From Planctomycetota bacterium (GTDB lineage: Bacteria; Planctomycetota; MHYJ01; WSZJ01), in NCBI GenBank assembly GCA_038060895.1, contig JBBTCT010000001.1:32001-96000 (forward strand): a stretch of DNA of 64,000 bases, written 5' to 3'. Position 1 is the stretch's first letter; the number at the start of each line of letters is the position of its first letter. This document shows positions 59,665 through 64,000 of the stretch, in pieces. The position numbers were made by a program, and so were the translations under genes. Below the pieces are notes generated by a model. It was not told where the DNA came from. It did no database searches and saw only the letters and a program-made list of their open reading frames with translations.

Positions 59665-59750
59665 GGACAACGACAACCCCAAATCCCAACCCCAACTTCA
59701 AAACGGCCGATTTGGGGTTGGAGTTGGGGTTGGGACTTGGAGTTGCCCTT
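59664..59750. repeat. Intergenic palindrome, CCAAAT/CCAACT family, copy 3
   Basis: caaccccaaatcccaaccccaacttcaaa ... tttggggttggagttggggttgggacttggagttg, between convergent genes. Confidence 0.85.
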
Positions 59751-61347
59751 AGCTCTTCCCCACCACCTCATCCGCCCAATCTTTCGCCCCAAGCGGCTTC
59801 CCCGTCGCCCGCTTCACCAGCTCATCCCACTTCCACCGCGCGCCGGGCGCGAACACCGCTTTCCTTAACCACTCCCCCGCCCGCTTGTTCCCGATCAGTC
59901 TCTTCCCCGCCACGCTTTTGCGGATCGCTCCCTCAAGCTGGCTCGCCATCAGGTCGCCTAGCAGGTAGTTGTGGTAGTAGACGGGGGCGCACGCAATGTG
60001 CATCTTCGACGCCCAGTCGGGCGCGCTCCTTCCTTCCGGTTTCGGGACGCGCTGGAGGCGGCCCACGAGCTCCCACCAGAGCGAATCCAGGTCGCGTTCA
60101 GGGTCCTCGTATAGCGCGCGTTCGAAGCGGCACATGACGAGCGCCCAGCGGGCGAAAACCAGCAGCGCACGCCGGCGGTCGCGGGCGATGAGGGCGGTGA
60201 GGCGCTTGACCTCGGCCGCCGGCAGATCCCGCACCTTTCCGAGCCAGTCGGCGGACTGCACCTGGCGGCCCATGAGAAGAGCGATCGATTCCGTGGTGAG
60301 CGTGTGCGATGGCGTCCGGAGCGCCCACGGCAGCTTCTGGTCGATGTACTTGTCGTAGACGGCGTGGCCCAGTTCGTGAAGAAGCGTCTCCATCCACCGC
60401 GCCGAAGGAGTCAGGTTGCAGAGGATGCGCACGTCCTGCTTCTGGTCGATGTTCGTGCAGAACGCGTGCTGGCTCTTCCCCTTCGCGGGCCAGAGCGAGC
60501 TGCGCTTCAGGATGTCCCGGACTTCCATCCCGAGTCCGTCATACGTGGTAAGCGCGAGATCGACGAGGTCGCTCTTCTCGAAGAGTGCGTTGAGGTTGAG
60601 TTCGCGGGAGCGCGGGACCTGCTGGAAGAAGGGGTCCGAGTAAAACCAGGGCGGGGGATTCGCCTCCGTCACTCCGAAGCGAGCGCAGAGCTCCGCGTCG
60701 ATCCCGGCCTTCTCAAGGATCCAGGGCTGCTCCGTGCGCGCTTCGAGGTCGTCGAGAATCCGGTACAGGTCGTCGATGTCGATTTCCTGCGCGGCGAGCT
60801 GGAGCCGGTAGAAGTCCGGAAATCCGCCGGCCTTCGCGTTTCGATTGCGGATCCGCGCCAGCTCGCGGACGTCCTCGTGCACCTGGGCGCCAATCTGCTT
60901 CGAGGCCTCCCATGCGTCGCGTCGAAGCGCGAGGTCCGTCGAGTCCGAAAGAATCTCGGCGATCCGGTTGTCGCCGACTTCTTCGCCGCGCAGGTTTGCG
61001 CGGAAGTTGTTGTACACCGACTCGATCTCGACCTGGAGCCCGATGATCCGCTTCATCAGGGCCGGCTCTTTGCGCTCGCGGAAAAATGCGAGCCAGGTCA
61101 TCTCGAGATGGCGCGCCGTCAGCGCGTCCTTCGGCGGCGCCGTGCGCCAGGACTCCAGTTGCTTGCGCGCCCTGGCGTCCGCATAAATCCTGGCGGACTT
61201 CCGCTCGAGCGATTCGACCTGCCGGCTCCACTTCTTGAGCCCCGTCGTCTGGTGCTTCCAGCTCGCCAGCCCGGCCTGCTTATGAAGCGGCTCGACCTTG
61301 CGGCGGTGAGCTTCGAGAAATTGCGTGAGGTCGGCCGTGGGGGGCAT
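59749..61347 (-). CDS. M2/M3-family zinc metallopeptidase (peptidyl-dipeptidase/oligopeptidase-like)
   Basis: LLHELGHAVY, LTTESIA and HIACAPVYYHNYLLG motifs. Confidence 0.9.
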   Translation of the reverse strand: MPPTADLTQFLEAHRRKVEPLHKQAGLASWKHQTTGLKKWSRQVESLERKSARIYADARARKQLESWRTAPPKDALTARHLEMTWLAFFRERKEPALMKRIIGLQVEIESVYNNFRANLRGEEVGDNRIAEILSDSTDLALRRDAWEASKQIGAQVHEDVRELARIRNRNAKAGGFPDFYRLQLAAQEIDIDDLYRILDDLEARTEQPWILEKAGIDAELCARFGVTEANPPPWFYSDPFFQQVPRSRELNLNALFEKSDLVDLALTTYDGLGMEVRDILKRSSLWPAKGKSQHAFCTNIDQKQDVRILCNLTPSARWMETLLHELGHAVYDKYIDQKLPWALRTPSHTLTTESIALLMGRQVQSADWLGKVRDLPAAEVKRLTALIARDRRRALLVFARWALVMCRFERALYEDPERDLDSLWWELVGRLQRVPKPEGRSAPDWASKMHIACAPVYYHNYLLGDLMASQLEGAIRKSVAGKRLIGNKRAGEWLRKAVFAPGARWKWDELVKRATGKPLGAKDWADEVVGKS

Positions 61348-61351
61348 ACCC

Positions 61352-62464
61352 TTACTTCTTCTTCGTAATCCGCCCCGCGATCTTCGCCTTCACGAACTTC
61401 TCGAGAATTCTCTCCGCTTCCTTCATCGGGACGTCCTTCACGACCGGGATCACCATGCGCGCCGCCAGCTCCTTGGCTTCCTTCGCCGGGCAGCCGCGCA
61501 CCTCGGCGATGATCTTCGCCGCGACCTCCTGGTCCTTCGCCCCGGGGATGCGGTTCAGGAAGACGCTTGCGAGCTCCTCGTCTCCGCCGCCGACCTCCTC
61601 CACCTCGTCGAGATCCGCCGAGGGCTTGATCATGCCTCCCGGTTTCACGGGACTCGGTCCCTTGGGCGCCGGGCCCTTCATCGGATACCCCTTCTTCACG
61701 GGCGCCGGCTCCGCAATCTCCTCGATGTCGTCGAGCGGGGCGATGTCATCCAGAGGCTGGACGTCGTCGATGGGCGAGACGTCGTCCAGGTCGAGCGTCG
61801 GCACTTCGTCAAGCAGGTCAACGGTGCCGAGATCCTCGTCGTCGCCGCCCTTCTTGGCCGCCACCGGCGCCGGCTTCTGGGCCGGTTTCGGGGGAGGCGC
61901 CGCGGGCCTCGCGGGCGCGGCCATCGGCTTCGCTGCGGCCGGTGCGGGCTTCGCCGGAGCAGGCGCCGCGAATGACCTCGTCGGAGCCGGCGCTGACGCC
62001 GCGGCCGCAGCCGCTTCAACCCCGGCAGGCGCGGGCTTGGGCTTCCCCACCCTCCGGAACACGAAGGTCTCGCCGCACGCCGGGCACACGAACGCGTTGT
62101 TGTCCCAGATGAACGACACCGCCGTGACCAGGTTTCCACCGTCCGCCGTTCCGAAACTCGGCTTGATCGGCCAGTTCACCTTCGGAATCCGGTCCTGCGG
62201 CCTCGCCGTGATCCGGAATTCGATCCCGGCATTCGACAGGTCCATCATCTTCGGCTTCAGGATGCGCACGTCCTGCTTCGTCAGCCGCGACAGGAAAATG
62301 ATCGGCGCAGATTTCAGGATCTGTTCCGCCACCTTCGTCTCCAGCGTGAACATCTTCGCAAATCCCGACGTCGCTTCCGCGATCTTCGAATCCTTGGACG
62401 CCTCGATCACGATGCTGAACTCCGCGTCCTGTTTCGACAGGTCGGCGGTCTTCTGCTGCGACAT
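61352..62464 (-). CDS. Protein with two L7/L12-CTD (ClpS-fold)-like domains, a CPACG knuckle and an acidic linker
   Basis: N-terminal AEQILKSAPIIFLSRLTKQD; C-terminal AKEAKELA...VVKDVPMKEAERI; LDD repeats. Confidence 0.7.
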   Translation of the reverse strand: MSQQKTADLSKQDAEFSIVIEASKDSKIAEATSGFAKMFTLETKVAEQILKSAPIIFLSRLTKQDVRILKPKMMDLSNAGIEFRITARPQDRIPKVNWPIKPSFGTADGGNLVTAVSFIWDNNAFVCPACGETFVFRRVGKPKPAPAGVEAAAAAASAPAPTRSFAAPAPAKPAPAAAKPMAAPARPAAPPPKPAQKPAPVAAKKGGDDEDLGTVDLLDEVPTLDLDDVSPIDDVQPLDDIAPLDDIEEIAEPAPVKKGYPMKGPAPKGPSPVKPGGMIKPSADLDEVEEVGGGDEELASVFLNRIPGAKDQEVAAKIIAEVRGCPAKEAKELAARMVIPVVKDVPMKEAERILEKFVKAKIAGRITKKK

Positions 62465-62576
62465 GGAGGGCTCCTGATCCTTGGGACGGGAATAAGTGGA
62501 AGAGGGAAAAGGCTAGCAATGGGTCAAGGGGGGGTCAAGAAAGGGGAAGGTGAGGTGATTGGCATAAGTTCGGGGG

Positions 62577-62720
62577 AAAAACGGCCAGGACAAATCCCAA
62601 ATCCCAACTCCAACTCCAACCCCAATTCTCTCCCGGCATTGTGAGTTGGGAATTGGGGTTGGAGTCCACCTACGCGCTTCGCGCTTCGGCGGACAAGTTG
62701 GAGTTGGAATTTGTCCTGCA
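62577..62720. repeat. Intergenic palindrome, CCAAAT/CCAACT family, copy 4, with a nested GC hairpin
   Basis: caggacaaatcccaaatcccaactccaac ... gttggagttggaatttgtcctg, interrupted by ccacctacgcgcttcgcgcttcggcggac. Confidence 0.85.
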
Positions 62721-62723
62721 CCC

Positions 62724-63689
62724 TCAAATCCAGCCCTGCTTCCGGTACCACCGCGCCGTTTCAAGCAGCCCATCCACGTGCCCGATTTTCGCCGCCCACC
62801 CGAGTTCCCTCTCCGCCGCCCCCACCTCGCACGCCCATCCCTCCGCCAGCATCTCCGCTGCCTTGTCGCGGTTGAAGATCGACCTCCCCCCCGTCAGCGT
62901 TTCTGAGATCGCCGCCCCGATCCGCACCGCCGCCGGCGGAATTCCCAGCGCCAGCGCAGGCGCCCCCACCGCTTCCTCCACCCGGTCCGCCAGGCCCCTT
63001 GCCGTGATGACCTCCGCGTGCGCCAGGTGGTACTTCTGCCCCCCCTTCCCCCGGTCCGCCGCCGCCAGCAGCCCCGCCGCCAGATCGCGAACATGCACCA
63101 GCGAGAGGCGCTGGGCGGGATTGGGAAGCGGCTTGAGCCGCCACGAAACGACGCGGAAGATCTCGAGCACCGCTTCGTCCCTCGGCCCGTACACGATCGG
63201 CGGACGCGCGACGATGACCGGCAGGCTCTGCGCGTATTCCGCGCAGATCGACTCCGCCGCGGCCTTGCTTCGTCCGTAGGCGGAGACCGGGAGGCAGGGA
63301 TCGCCGGCCGACGACGTCCGGCCGCCCGCGCACGGACCGACCGCCGCGAGCGACGTCACCGCCACGATGGACTTCAGCGGACGCTTCGACTTCCCGCACG
63401 CCATCAGCAGCTTCCGCGTCGCCCCCGCATTCCCCTCCGTGAATTCCGCTTCGGTCCGCGCCTTGATCACGCCCGCGATGTGAATCACCGCGTCCGCGTC
63501 GTCCAGCGCCGCTTCCAGCCCCAACCCCCTCACGACATCGCCGGGAGCCAGCTTCACGTCACGGTCCTGGAGCCAGCGCAGCTTGTTCGGGTCGCGCACC
63601 AGCGCGGTCACGGCGTCGCCGCGGGCGAGGAGCGCGTCCACGACGTGCGAGCCGACGAAACCCGTGCCGCCGGTAACGAGGAAGCGCAT
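62724..63689 (-). CDS. NAD-dependent epimerase/dehydratase (extended SDR)
   Basis: VTGGTGFVGS, YGRSK and RPPIVYGPRD motifs. Confidence 0.9.
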   Translation of the reverse strand: MRFLVTGGTGFVGSHVVDALLARGDAVTALVRDPNKLRWLQDRDVKLAPGDVVRGLGLEAALDDADAVIHIAGVIKARTEAEFTEGNAGATRKLLMACGKSKRPLKSIVAVTSLAAVGPCAGGRTSSAGDPCLPVSAYGRSKAAAESICAEYAQSLPVIVARPPIVYGPRDEAVLEIFRVVSWRLKPLPNPAQRLSLVHVRDLAAGLLAAADRGKGGQKYHLAHAEVITARGLADRVEEAVGAPALALGIPPAAVRIGAAISETLTGGRSIFNRDKAAEMLAEGWACEVGAAERELGWAAKIGHVDGLLETARWYRKQGWI

Positions 63690-63747
63690 CGGCCCATCCT
63701 AGCGGCGCGCGCGCTGTACACTCAAGGGACTCATCGGAGACCTCCTC

Positions 63748-63897
63748 ATGCCGGAACCGTCAGGATTCGAAAAGGAACCAAAACGGGCCAGCGTCCGGCG
63801 CGACAGCAGCCGGGCGGCGCGGGCCAAGCGCGACCTGCTTCGGACGCGTCGAATCGCCGGGAAGAAACGCACGAAGTCCCGGCATCCGAACCCCTGA
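63748..63897 (+). CDS. Small basic hypothetical protein (49 aa)
   Basis: GGAGA RBS; MPEPSGFEKEPKRASVRRDSSRAARAKRDLLRTRRIAGKKRTKSRHPNP. Confidence 0.55.
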   Translation: MPEPSGFEKEPKRASVRRDSSRAARAKRDLLRTRRIAGKKRTKSRHPNP

Positions 63898-63953
63898 GCG
63901 CCGCGCCCCCCTTCCTTGCGCCCCCTCGGCCAATCGGTTACAACGCGCGGGCC

Positions 63954-64000
63954 GTGGACATCTTCAAAAAGGCCCTGGACTGGCAGGACGCCCGCGTCGC
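63954..64000 (+). CDS. 5' end of a gene, possibly an alpha-oxoamine synthase (SPT/BioF/Kbl family); truncated by window end
   Basis: GTG start, MDIFKKALDWQDARV; only 15 codons are visible. Confidence 0.35.
   Translation, partial: MDIFKKALDWQDARV

Overview
GC-rich bacterial chromosomal window. The gene content (membrane Ser/Thr kinase, many HEAT/TPR/PQQ/FG-GAP exported proteins, DUF4388/MshEN, CRTAC1-type and squalene-cyclase-repeat proteins) suggests Planctomycetota; this is an inference. It holds about 50 CDS and one tRNA-Thr(CGT). I found no integrase, transposase, reverse transcriptase, rRNA or CRISPR array. Recognisable functions: an adaptor plus twin-RND efflux operon, thiolase/hbd, msrA, PTS IIA, recQ, an M2/M3 peptidase and an extended SDR. 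The most unusual items are: (1) three tandem TPR genes that each begin exactly at the AYLFRHxxxRDAAYQLQLPG motif normally internal to STAND ATPases, so they look like 'headless' sensor modules; (2) a STAS + Zn-ribbon + catalytically dead anti-sigma-kinase fusion flanked by two MshEN-motif proteins; (3) a pair of secreted Cys-His-Asp papain/NlpC-P60-like paralogs; (4) at least 11 genes with a TANNNT box 6-9 nt before the start codon, suggesting pervasive leaderless expression; (5) several families of intergenic palindromes. All family calls come from motif recognition by eye; no database search was run.
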